From the NCBI GenBank assembly GCA_030603365.1, contig JAUVXV010000009.1:32001-96000 (forward strand): DNA of 64,000 bases, read 5' to 3'. Under the pieces are notes generated by a model. That model saw only the letters and a program-made list of their open reading frames with translations. It was not told the origin of the DNA and ran no database searches. The position numbers and the translations under genes were made by a program. Each line of letters opens with the position of its first letter. The stretch's first letter is position 1. Shown one piece after another: positions 1-9,697 of this stretch. The DNA is from Candidatus Heimdallarchaeota archaeon. GTDB lineage: Archaea; Asgardarchaeota; Heimdallarchaeia; Heimdallarchaeales; Heimdallarchaeaceae.

Positions 1-235
1 TACCTAGAATACTTTGAATATATTCTTCTGCTTCAGTTGCTGATACTTTCTTAATTAATCCAGCTTTACCTCTTCCACCTGAAAGAGATTGAGCTTTAGC
101 CATCATGATATCACTACCAAGTTCTTCAACAAAAGTTTTGATACTCTCTTCACTATCATAAGCTCTGAATTTTGGAACTGGTATCCCATTCTCTTTGAAT
201 AATTGTTTTCCCTCAATTTCATAAAGCATTGGCAT
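1..235 (-). CDS. sucC: Succinyl-CoA synthetase beta subunit-like ATP-grasp protein, N-terminal part (runs off the window start)
   Basis: Not in the ORF track. Manual translation from ATG at 235 (or 229) gives MPMLYEIEGKQLFKENGIPVP...AKAQSLSGGRGKAGLIK. LxEyegKxLF..GIPVP and KAQ..GGRGKAG are SucC/citryl-CoA synthetase hallmarks. Confidence 0.85.
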   Translation of the reverse strand, partial: MPMLYEIEGKQLFKENGIPVPKFRAYDSEESIKTFVEELGSDIMMAKAQSLSGGRGKAGLIKKVSATEAEEYIQSILG

Positions 236-345
236 ATTGTGACCAACTGGCTTTGATATCTTTTTAAGGTCTTTGAAGTGAGCTTGGATTTAGAAAATTA
301 AATGTCTGAAAATAAAGAAATGATGAAGGAAAAATATTGAAAAAG

Positions 346-651
346 TTATTTTTTAACCATTTCTACTCTTTTAGTTCTTGGATATGATAGAACCCATCTC
401 TTCCCACAATCGGGGCATGTCATCCTTAAATCAACTTTCTTAGAAGTTTTAGATGCCATTTTTGTTTGAGTGACTGGACGTTTACTGAATCTGCCTTGAT
501 TACCATAACCTCTTCTTGTGCGCTTTTCTCTTCTAGCCATTGCACTGTATCCACCTTTTCTTCTGGAAGATTTCTCTTGTTTTACTTTCATATTCTTATG
601 TTGTCCGCATTTTGGACAGTATTTGAACATTGTTTCTGGTATTTTGACCAT
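346..651 (-). CDS. rpl44e: 50S ribosomal protein L44e (eL42)
   Basis: MVKIP..YCPKC..H, RGYG, KKVDLRMTCPDCGK zinc ribbon, very basic. ATG at 651 preferred over GTG at 660. Confidence 0.93.
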   Translation of the reverse strand: MVKIPETMFKYCPKCGQHKNMKVKQEKSSRRKGGYSAMARREKRTRRGYGNQGRFSKRPVTQTKMASKTSKKVDLRMTCPDCGKRWVLSYPRTKRVEMVKK

Positions 652-715
652 TTGTGTCACTCATCCTTTTGCTATGGTTAGAGTTTTTATTTGTTTCCTT
701 TTTTGAGTTTATGAT

Positions 716-1030
716 TTAGATTTCTCTTAATGCTTGAATGTCTCTGAGATTTTGTATAGGAATGATTTGATAGGTTTTATTTGGTTGTGTTCTCCTGATG
801 CTCAATGGGAGAACTTTGGTTCTTAATTCTAATTCAGCTATAACCAGTGGAGACTTATTCTCCATATCTTCCATAGAGAATAAAACTGGAGCACCCATAC
901 TTAGCTGTAATGCACGAGCACCAACTATTCGGGCCCTTTCAAAACGAGTTAGACGATCTGGACCAATTTTTACTGTTTTTGAAACAATTTCCCTCTCTTC
1001 TTCATCCTCAACTGTACTAAGAGCCACCAT
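716..1030 (-). CDS. rpoK: DNA-directed RNA polymerase subunit K (Rpo6)
   Basis: [22 protein letters not shown]...[14 protein letters not shown] is the Rpo6/RPB6 signature. GGTGA precedes the start. Confidence 0.96.
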   Translation of the reverse strand: MVALSTVEDEEEREIVSKTVKIGPDRLTRFERARIVGARALQLSMGAPVLFSMEDMENKSPLVIAELELRTKVLPLSIRRTQPNKTYQIIPIQNLRDIQALREI

Positions 1031-1370
1031 CAATCACCAAAACACGCCAAAGGCTACATCATTCAGACTTTACTTCATCTTAAAAATATTTAGTTATTGG
1101 GGAGAAATAATAGTCACAAACCCAACCCTTTATTGAATCTATTACTTAATCAAATAAGCAAAATCATAACGAAATTTTTTTAATGCCGACAAAAAAGCAA
1201 GAAAACAATCAAAATAAGGCGTAAGAAGCTTAAAAAGTCTAAATTTGTCTTGCATATCTGGAAAAACTTTAATAAGAATTTAACTCCAGACAACACAGAC
1301 AGAAGCAAGTCGAAAAGAAGACTTATTAAGTAACTACTAAAAGTAAAATAACTATACGGGATGTCAGTAC

Positions 1371-1934
1371 ATGAGCATGTTCGGGTCTTTTTCCTCATGG
1401 TTGAGAGCTAAGCTAAGTAGAGAGCAGAAGGCTAAGATATTGATATTAGGTTTAGATGCAGCAGGAAAGACCACTTTGACCCGATTTATGAGGTTTGGAA
1501 AATTTGCAGAAAATCTTACACCAACCATAGGACAGAATATTGAATCTTTTGAATTTGAAGGTTGGACAATTACTGCTATTGATGTTGCTGGTCAATCACA
1601 TTTCCGATTTTTGTGGGAGGCACATTATCCTGGTTGCAGCGCAGTTATCTTTGTCATTGATGCTGCAGACATAGAAAGGTTACCTGAAGCCAGAGATGTT
1701 CTAAAAACACATGTATTTAATAATCCGTATATGGAAAATGTCCCATCTTTGATTATGGCCAACAAACAGGACTTGCCTGGAGCCGTGGAAGCCCCCTTAC
1801 TCATTCAGATGTTGGGTCTTCATCTTGATTTGAAGGATCGTACTTTTGCTGTGTTTGATACAAGCATTCTCCATGGTAAAGGAATTAAAGAAGCATTCAT
1901 TTGGTTAGTAAATGAACTTGATACACATTTATAA
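1371..1934 (+). CDS. Arf/Sar-like small GTPase
   Basis: G1 GLDAAGKTT, G2 PTIG, G3 DVAGQ, FVIDAAD, G4 ANKQDL. N-terminal hydrophobic/basic helix. Confidence 0.93.
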   Translation: MSMFGSFSSWLRAKLSREQKAKILILGLDAAGKTTLTRFMRFGKFAENLTPTIGQNIESFEFEGWTITAIDVAGQSHFRFLWEAHYPGCSAVIFVIDAADIERLPEARDVLKTHVFNNPYMENVPSLIMANKQDLPGAVEAPLLIQMLGLHLDLKDRTFAVFDTSILHGKGIKEAFIWLVNELDTHL

Positions 1935-1965
1935 TAAAATTCTCGTTTTTATTCTAAACTGTTTT

Positions 1966-3234
1966 CTATTTCTCTTTAAGAGTAAAATTAGAAACAAATC
2001 CACCTGAATTGTTGTTTGAGATAGGATCAAAATAAATTGATGATGTCTCTAACTGATCCTTTACCCCTTCATATAAATCAGGCACTTCTCTTGAGGTTAA
2101 TTTCTTTTGTTTCTTTAATCGACTTACTACTTCTGAGAGTTTAGAATTATTGTAATATGCTTTACTCAACGCATTTTTGAAAACACCTTCATTTTCTAAG
2201 TAATCTATAGAGTGCGTCACATAGGTAATCTCTGTTTCTTTGAGTAAACATCTGTAAAGATTTGAAACTAGTTTATTCTGATTTTCTGCAAAATGCCTAA
2301 GTTTTCCATACATGAGATTAGATGAAAAGATTGGTATAACCGCAGTTCTGGAATTCTGGGGTTCTACATAAACAGATGTATATTTGGTTTCTTGTCGGTG
2401 GTTAACAAATCCTGAAAATGAGGATTTCTGAACTCTGATTGCTTTAGATTTGCTTCTTTCCAGGGTTTTGTTGACCGCTTTAACCTGCATATCATTTTGA
2501 GCTATTACAGTTATAGGTACTTTATTTTGAGTTAATTCAGCGATATAACTAGCTACATCTCCCTTATCATTTGACATTACAAGAATGTTATCCTTCATTC
2601 CTAAAGACATTGATTTAATCCCAATAACTTGAATAGGAGATAAAATGCTGAAAAATCCTCGTCTATATGTGCTCATTTCACCTAATGGAGGAGCATAAGC
2701 TAAAGATTCTTCAACCCTTACAATAGATCTTTGAGTAAGCGTTGATATCTCTGAACTATTTACTTCGGAGGTTCCCTTAGCTAAAACATTACTAGCACCA
2801 TCAACAACACAAACATAATCCCCCGAATTGAAATCATCGTACCGCATAACATTTGCTGTTTGAACATCTTTTCCTAGTGCAATCCCTGTAGATGATTCAT
2901 GATCAACTCTAACTGTAGGTAAATCATCTAAGTTATCATCAAACTCCCTATTTACTACTTCAACTTCAATGAAATCATCAAACAATTCATGTTTCTTTGC
3001 AATAAACTCACGTTCATCAAAAATCTCTAAAAGTGAATCAAAATCAATTCTGTTGGTATTTACTTGTACCCACAAAGAATTCATTGGTTTTCTAAGATGG
3101 TCAATTAATTTTAGTACATAATCTAGTCCAAAATCATGTAACCAATGTTCAAGAAGAGTCCCAGAGTAACTGAATTTTCTTATTAACTCATGGAATATTC
3201 CTGCTGATTCCTCAGATTCATTATTAGAGTTCAT
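1966..3234 (-). CDS. NSUN6/RsmB-like protein with PUA domain; catalytic motifs degenerate (probable pseudo-methyltransferase)
   Basis: VQVNTNRI N-terminal motif and PUA domain (VRVDH...ALGKDV...FNSGDYVCVVD...VLAKG). MTase-fold remnants EPQNS (cf. DAPCS), YVTHS..LENEGV (cf. YSTCS..EENE) and C-terminal GGFV. Confidence 0.8.
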   Translation of the reverse strand: MNSNNESEESAGIFHELIRKFSYSGTLLEHWLHDFGLDYVLKLIDHLRKPMNSLWVQVNTNRIDFDSLLEIFDEREFIAKKHELFDDFIEVEVVNREFDDNLDDLPTVRVDHESSTGIALGKDVQTANVMRYDDFNSGDYVCVVDGASNVLAKGTSEVNSSEISTLTQRSIVRVEESLAYAPPLGEMSTYRRGFFSILSPIQVIGIKSMSLGMKDNILVMSNDKGDVASYIAELTQNKVPITVIAQNDMQVKAVNKTLERSKSKAIRVQKSSFSGFVNHRQETKYTSVYVEPQNSRTAVIPIFSSNLMYGKLRHFAENQNKLVSNLYRCLLKETEITYVTHSIDYLENEGVFKNALSKAYYNNSKLSEVVSRLKKQKKLTSREVPDLYEGVKDQLETSSIYFDPISNNNSGGFVSNFTLKEK

Positions 3235-3350
3235 TGTAGTAAGAAAATTGCGGTTTTTAGCTTTAAGAATATTAGTACAACTGTGAAATCACATTGACTA
3301 CTAAACAAAAAGTTGAAAAAAGAGCTCTTTTTATTCAACCAGAGAATAGA

Positions 3351-3869
3351 ATGGAACCATCTACCATCGTGAGACAAGCTGAACTTGGAGATATTAATGA
3401 TATTATCAAGATAAATAGAAAATGTCTCCCTGAAAACTACTCATTTGATTTCTTCTATAGAATATTGACTGAGTTTGGCTTTGCTTGTGCCGTAGGAGTT
3501 CACAAAGGAGAAGTAGTTGGTTATCTTCTTTCAAGAGTTGAAAGACCATTTGCAACTTTTCTAGGTTTAAACCCCTCTAAAGGTCATGTTATTTCAATAG
3601 CAGTTCTTCCTGAGCATAGAAGAAAGGGTTTTGGTAGTAAAATCATGAAATATGGTATGAAAAAACTCATAGAGAATAATGTTGAAACCATATATCTTGA
3701 AGTAAGAGTATCGAATGTAGCTGCAGTTGAAATGTATAAGAGACTTGGATACTACATCAAAAGAGAATTCAAGCACTATTATCGTGATGGAGAATCAGCT
3801 TTAGTTATGGAGTGGGGAAAGAAACAAGCTAACGAGGAAAAACAAGAAGAAATGACTGAAAATAGTTGA
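3351..3869 (+). CDS. ard1: N-terminal acetyltransferase, Ard1/RimI family (GNAT)
   Basis: INRKCLPENY, KGHVISIAVLPEHRRKGFG, LEVRVSNVAAVEMY, HYYRDGE. The ORF track starts at 3294; ATG at 3351 is more likely. Confidence 0.9.
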   Translation: MEPSTIVRQAELGDINDIIKINRKCLPENYSFDFFYRILTEFGFACAVGVHKGEVVGYLLSRVERPFATFLGLNPSKGHVISIAVLPEHRRKGFGSKIMKYGMKKLIENNVETIYLEVRVSNVAAVEMYKRLGYYIKREFKHYYRDGESALVMEWGKKQANEEKQEEMTENS

Positions 3870-3970
3870 TTCTTTAATTTCTGAATCAATCTTTATTTAC
3901 ATTTTTCAATATCAATTTCTATGTAATAATATTCTATATATACTAAAAACTAAGACAATAAATTGTCATT

Positions 3971-6900
3971 ATGACCATCCATTATTTAGATGAACCATCG
4001 ACCTCAGCTTCCATTTATTCCTTCCTAGCTGATGAAATCAAAGACTGGTTTACATCTAAGTTTCCTGGTGGTTTTACCCCCCCTCAGCTGTTTGCGATAC
4101 CATCTATCCACGAAAGAAGAAACACTCTGATTTTTAGTTCTACAGGTTCAGGAAAAACATTTGCAGCTTTTTTTGCAGCGATTAATGAGCTTTTCATTGA
4201 AGCCAAAGATGGGACATTGAAAGATGAGATATATGTTCTCTATATATCTCCATTGAAGGCATTAGGTAATGATATCAGAAAAAACCTCGAAGAACCTCTG
4301 CAAGGAATTCAAGAATTAGCTGCTTCTAATAATCTAGTAACTCCAAAGATTCGAGTTGGAGTAAGAACAGGAGATACTACTCAAGCAGAAAGGACTCAGA
4401 TGTTAAGAAAACCTCCTCACATCTTGATAACAACTCCTGAAAGCTTAGGTCTTATCATTACTTCTCCTAAATTCTCTGAACATCTTAAGAGTGTTCGATG
4501 GATAGTTCTTGATGAGATTCATGAAGTTAGTTCCAATAAAAGAGGAGTCTTTCTCTCATTGTGTCTAGAATATCTACAACTGGAACTAGCTAATAAACAA
4601 ATTACTCGAATAGGCTTATCTGCAACCCAAGCTCCGATAGAAGAAATAGCACGATTTCTTGTAGGATTAGATGATAAAGGAAAAGAAAATGAATGTTATA
4701 TAGCTAATTTACCCCCGCAGAGAAAACTAGATTTGGAAGTGAAAAGTCCAGTTAACGACCTACTCCATACCCCCTATATTATGATTCAAGAGGGAATTTA
4801 CAATCTTCTATCTGATTTGATTCTAGATCATGAAACATCTATAATATTCACGAACACGCGTAAAGGTGCTGAAAGTGTTTCGTTCAAGCTTAAGGAATAT
4901 CTTGGGGATGAATATGCTCCTTCAATTGCTGTTCATCATTCTAGTCTCTCAAGAGAAATAAGATTAGATGTAGAGGACAGACTGAAGAATAATGAGTTAC
5001 TTGCAGCTGTTACATCAACTTCTTTAGAACTAGGTATAGATATTGGTAGCGTTGAATTAGTTGCTCAAATAGGTTCACCAAAAACTGTTGCTAAATATCT
5101 TCAGAGAGTAGGGAGAAGCGGGCATTCATTAGATCGAATTGCAAAAGGACGATTAATAACAACTGATAGAGATGATGCTATTGAATGTGCAGTTTTGACT
5201 AAGAGTGCATATAGCAGAGAAATAGATAAGGTTCAGATACCCCATGATTGTTTAGATGTTCTAGCACAATTTTTAGTAGGAATATCCTTAATGAAAAGAT
5301 GGAATGTTGATGAAGCTTATACCATGATAAGAAAATCATATAACTATCATTCTTTGGATTTTGACGATTACCTGAAGGTTTTGGAATATCTGGGAGGTTA
5401 TAATCTAGAAGTTGAGGAAAGAAAAATTTACAGAAAAATTTGGTATGATCACAAAGAAAATGCTTTTGGCAAGAAGAAAGGTTCACGATTAACATTTTAC
5501 ACCAATCTCGGAACGATCCCAGAAAATGCAGATTATAGAGTTGAATTGGAAACCTATAGAACAAGATTAGGTTCATTATCTGAAGGTTTCGTGGAAAGAT
5601 TAACCCCAGGAGATGTTTTTGTTTTAGGGAGTCACACATATCAGTTCAAGAGAACAGTGGGATCAAGGGTTGTAGTTTCTGAAGCCTTTGGTAAACGTCC
5701 AACTATACCGAATTGGGTAGGAGAAGAACTTCCTAGATCATATGAGCTATCACAACAAATAGGACGGTTCATTGAAGCTGTATCTCAAAAAATCCAAAAA
5801 GACGATGAAAATTCAGTTATTGAATGGATAGAAAGATCTTTTCAGGTAGACAATGTTATAGCTAAAACTGTTGTACAATATGTTAAAGAACAATTGATGT
5901 TTCTTAACATTACACCTAGTGCTAAGAAGCTGCTGATAGAATCTTTTATCGATCCACAAGGAAGGACGATTCTTGTTTTTCACGCTTATTACGGAAGAAG
6001 AGTAAACGATGCTCTTTCTCGAGCGTTTGCATATAAAATAGGAATTCATCTTGATTCAGACATAGGTTCAGCTGTCAATGATAATGGCTTCGTCTTAATG
6101 TTACCTGTTGATAAGATAATAGATACTTCTATCATACCTGACTTACTGACAGTTGACAATTTAGAAGATACGCTCAAACAAGCAATAATAAACACAGAGC
6201 TTTTCTTGACTCGATTTAGACATGTTGCCAATAGATCATTAATGATTTTAAGAAGAAGCAGAGAAAGACATATTCCTGTTTCTCGGCAAACAATGTATGC
6301 AAGAAGAATATTCACTACATTAAGAAACATGGATGATTTCTGTGTAATCAAAGAGACATATAGAGAAATACTTCGAGATTATATGGATTTAACCAACAGT
6401 CTAATAGTTCTAGATAAACTGCAGAAAGGTGATTTTGAGTATTCGATTACCCCCTTATCAGATATACCCAGTCCTTTTGCTCATGGAATAGTACTATTAG
6501 GTATTTCTGATATTGTTCAAATCTCTGATAGAAGTGCTTTATTGAGAGAGCTTCATCAGCAAGTTCTGGCAAAAGTATTTGGCAAAGAGGGAACAAAGGA
6601 GATTTTATTCAATGAAGAACTAGTTACAAGAATATTCAATAATCGTAGCTATAGAAATGAAGCTCTTCCTATATCGTCTATAAAGCAATTAAGATCTGCT
6701 ATAAAATCTTTAGCCCCTATAAAGTCATTAGAAAGCGTTCACCCAAGTATATATCATTTAAGTATAGGAGACCTAAAACAGATACAAAGTTGGTCTTTAG
6801 CTCTTCATAATTCTGGAGAATTTATTGAGATTTATGTCAGTAAAGGTGATAGACGTTCAATACCTATTAATGATTTTCATCTTTATTGGAACTTATATGT

Positions 6901-9697
6901 GAAAACCATAGAGAAAAGTGAAATTGAAGATAATATTCTTGAAATTCTAAAAGAAAAATACCCTCTGTCTCTTAACAAACTATCAGAGGAATTAGATCTA
7001 CCCATAAAAACTTTACAAGTTCATCTTGAAAAACTAGAAAGAGCTATGCTGATAGTAAGAACCGAGTATGAACTATATGGAGGAAGAGTTAGAAGCAAAA
7101 TTTCCTTAGCAGAAAACGTTATCCCAAACCAATTGATGAAGGAAGCTAAGAAACTCGATCCTGAAGAATGTCTGAAGAAGGTTCTATTGAAATTTTTGAA
7201 AGTCAACGGTCCTTCAACTTTACATCAAATACTTGAATTTTTACGAATAGAAGAAGAGAAAATTACACGTGCTCTGTCTGAATTACAAAGTCAAAATCGT
7301 GTGCTAAAAGGTAGAATCATTGAATCTTCCTTAGAAGATCAATATATTAGACTTGAAGATAGAGAGCTTCTTAGAAACTTAAGTAATCGTAAACCTGATT
7401 CAATTATACTTACTCCAGAAGAGCTTAATTTTATTCATTATCTCTTTGCAGTTGATGAATTTCTAAAAGCAAAATTGATTGGTAAAGAAAATGTTCTGAA
7501 TCTATTGAACAACTTCGGAACCTTAGAGGATTTGAGTTCTCTTTCAGTCCGTATCAAAGATTATGAAGTTGATTGGATAAGGGATTTAATCGAGAAGAAA
7601 GAAATTATCCAAGGAAGATTTAGTCATAGAAGACTTGCATATGTTAGTAGAGAGAGGTTTTCTCACTATTATGTTGTTTACAGAGAACCATTTAAGTTAA
7701 CTAAAGTTGAAGAAAAGATTATATCAACCATACGAAAATATGGACCTTTAACCAAAAGAGAAATCAAAGAACTCACAGATTTAACAGATGATATCGTACA
7801 GGAAAGTTTAATGATTCTAGATAAAACTCTCTATCTAGTAAGAAAGTCTGTTACAACTGAAATTTTTGTACCTCGTCAGTTTGTCCCAAATGTTTATGAT
7901 ATTTCTGAGAGATATGTAACTGTTGACAAGCTTCCTTCTTTTGATAAAAGTCAAGAATTTATCTTGTATCAATCAATCAAATCTCTCGGTCCAGTTTCAC
8001 TAATCGAACTTACCCATCTGGTTGGTTTCAGATATAGCGATACAGAAAAAATCATCAAAAGTCTTCTCACAAAAAATAAGATTATTGAGAAGAAGCTCAC
8101 TGAAAGAGAGACTAATTATTATATGACTAAAGAAAGATTTGATGAGATCGTAAAGGTAAAGACAGATCTAATCAATATAGCTTATAGTGAAGAAGAGCAA
8201 ATAGTCATCTTACCTAAGGATGATCCTTTCACCAAATTAGGAATGAGATTGCACTTACGAGATATTTATGGTGAAGGTCAGATAGATCCAATAATATTAG
8301 ACGGGGAGATGGTTGGTTCAATTGAATATCGGTTACACAGAGGACAATATCTTCAAATTTACGATTTAAAACTAAAAAATTCAATAATATATAATTCAAT
8401 CTTGTTGCAGAAAATAGCTGCAGAACTTGTAAGCTACACAAGAAAAATACATAGAGTACTCAGTTTTCAAATTGAAGATATCAATAGTAAATCAGTCCTA
8501 TCAAAAAGTAATCAGTTTATTAGAGAAACATTTGTGAAAACAGGTTTTAAGCTAATAAAAGATACATTAATTGGTGGAGATACTGTTACAAAGGTATTTT
8601 CACGAAGAACAATTGATAGAAACATTATGGAAAATCTTTGGTTGAAAAAGCAGAGTCCAACATTGAATACCGAGAATTTGTTACAAATGATTAATCATTT
8701 TGGATTCATAGAACTCAAAGAAATTGTATCAAGGTATCCAGAGAATATGGTTTCAATAATTATTTATCTTTTGAATCAGCTTCTGAAAAATAGAGATATT
8801 ATTTGCCAAAATAACATTTTTTATTCTATTCCATTTGCTAGATACAGGAAAAGTGGTTTAAGAACTAGAAGGAAGATGAAGGATGAATCAGCACAGATAT
8901 ACAATAGGATAAAGAAAGGAATTGCTAATAATCAGAACCTTCTGAATAGCTGGGAAGGAACAGCATCTACTTTTAAAGCTGCTCTGAAAATTCTTGAGGA
9001 AAACATGCTTATCGGTGTTGAATCTCTAAGTAATCTGTATGAACCCCAAGAGTATTGGGATATTGATAGGTTTATCCCAGAGATTGACAAAGATATTTCT
9101 GAAATTAGAAAGGAGTATATTTTTGATATCTTGGGAAGTTTTGGTATCGCTTCTGAGGAACAGATTTCTGCGCGAGCAGTAATTCCTGGAGTTATGACTA
9201 AAATTAAAATTAAAGAAGTTCTAGCTAGTTTAATTGATGAAGAAAAAATCATAGGTGGCAGGTTCGTCGAGAACGATACAAGATTTTTTTATATAACCCA
9301 AGAAAATTATGATGCCCTAATAATGTTTGAGAAGAAAGAAGATAGTAAAGTGGAATATTCGAAGAAAGAAGAAAGAGAAAGATATTACCTGCTTTACCCA
9401 AAAGATTTTGCTACTATTGTATTGAAAACTAATCTTTACGAACAGTTTGGGATATCAGATGATAATTATGTTGTTATACTTGATCAGAAAGTAGCTGCCC
9501 AATGTAATGTTGATAACATCAATCAAAAACGATTGATAGTGAAGAATGTTATATTAGCACCTTGGATACATGCAGATAGTTCTCTAAATTATGTAGTAAA
9601 TGCTATCGAAACAATCCCCACTCTTGAAAATATGACTGTCAATACTATTGTAGTTGAGAAGATAAATGGTATCCCATCACACTCGTTGGTGAAATAA
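3971..9697 (+). CDS. lhr: Lhr-family SF2 ATP-dependent helicase with a very long C-terminal extension of repeated winged-helix/AlkZ(HTH_42)-like modules (1908 aa)
   Basis: Q motif TPPQ, STGSGKT, ISPLKAL, DEIH, SAT, HHSS, SLELGIDIG, QRVGRSGH, NLGTIP and IPNWVGE make up the Lhr core (about aa 1-870). About 1000 further residues carry repeated GPxT/S wHTH units. Confidence 0.92.
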   Translation: MTIHYLDEPSTSASIYSFLADEIKDWFTSKFPGGFTPPQLFAIPSIHERRNTLIFSSTGSGKTFAAFFAAINELFIEAKDGTLKDEIYVLYISPLKALGNDIRKNLEEPLQGIQELAASNNLVTPKIRVGVRTGDTTQAERTQMLRKPPHILITTPESLGLIITSPKFSEHLKSVRWIVLDEIHEVSSNKRGVFLSLCLEYLQLELANKQITRIGLSATQAPIEEIARFLVGLDDKGKENECYIANLPPQRKLDLEVKSPVNDLLHTPYIMIQEGIYNLLSDLILDHETSIIFTNTRKGAESVSFKLKEYLGDEYAPSIAVHHSSLSREIRLDVEDRLKNNELLAAVTSTSLELGIDIGSVELVAQIGSPKTVAKYLQRVGRSGHSLDRIAKGRLITTDRDDAIECAVLTKSAYSREIDKVQIPHDCLDVLAQFLVGISLMKRWNVDEAYTMIRKSYNYHSLDFDDYLKVLEYLGGYNLEVEERKIYRKIWYDHKENAFGKKKGSRLTFYTNLGTIPENADYRVELETYRTRLGSLSEGFVERLTPGDVFVLGSHTYQFKRTVGSRVVVSEAFGKRPTIPNWVGEELPRSYELSQQIGRFIEAVSQKIQKDDENSVIEWIERSFQVDNVIAKTVVQYVKEQLMFLNITPSAKKLLIESFIDPQGRTILVFHAYYGRRVNDALSRAFAYKIGIHLDSDIGSAVNDNGFVLMLPVDKIIDTSIIPDLLTVDNLEDTLKQAIINTELFLTRFRHVANRSLMILRRSRERHIPVSRQTMYARRIFTTLRNMDDFCVIKETYREILRDYMDLTNSLIVLDKLQKGDFEYSITPLSDIPSPFAHGIVLLGISDIVQISDRSALLRELHQQVLAKVFGKEGTKEILFNEELVTRIFNNRSYRNEALPISSIKQLRSAIKSLAPIKSLESVHPSIYHLSIGDLKQIQSWSLALHNSGEFIEIYVSKGDRRSIPINDFHLYWNLYVKTIEKSEIEDNILEILKEKYPLSLNKLSEELDLPIKTLQVHLEKLERAMLIVRTEYELYGGRVRSKISLAENVIPNQLMKEAKKLDPEECLKKVLLKFLKVNGPSTLHQILEFLRIEEEKITRALSELQSQNRVLKGRIIESSLEDQYIRLEDRELLRNLSNRKPDSIILTPEELNFIHYLFAVDEFLKAKLIGKENVLNLLNNFGTLEDLSSLSVRIKDYEVDWIRDLIEKKEIIQGRFSHRRLAYVSRERFSHYYVVYREPFKLTKVEEKIISTIRKYGPLTKREIKELTDLTDDIVQESLMILDKTLYLVRKSVTTEIFVPRQFVPNVYDISERYVTVDKLPSFDKSQEFILYQSIKSLGPVSLIELTHLVGFRYSDTEKIIKSLLTKNKIIEKKLTERETNYYMTKERFDEIVKVKTDLINIAYSEEEQIVILPKDDPFTKLGMRLHLRDIYGEGQIDPIILDGEMVGSIEYRLHRGQYLQIYDLKLKNSIIYNSILLQKIAAELVSYTRKIHRVLSFQIEDINSKSVLSKSNQFIRETFVKTGFKLIKDTLIGGDTVTKVFSRRTIDRNIMENLWLKKQSPTLNTENLLQMINHFGFIELKEIVSRYPENMVSIIIYLLNQLLKNRDIICQNNIFYSIPFARYRKSGLRTRRKMKDESAQIYNRIKKGIANNQNLLNSWEGTASTFKAALKILEENMLIGVESLSNLYEPQEYWDIDRFIPEIDKDISEIRKEYIFDILGSFGIASEEQISARAVIPGVMTKIKIKEVLASLIDEEKIIGGRFVENDTRFFYITQENYDALIMFEKKEDSKVEYSKKEERERYYLLYPKDFATIVLKTNLYEQFGISDDNYVVILDQKVAAQCNVDNINQKRLIVKNVILAPWIHADSSLNYVVNAIETIPTLENMTVNTIVVEKINGIPSHSLVK

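Noticed and set aside
3971-9697. Intein as the cause of Lhr length
   Set aside because: The helicase motifs are contiguous at normal spacing. No intein splice-junction or LAGLIDADG motifs were seen, and the extra length is C-terminal.
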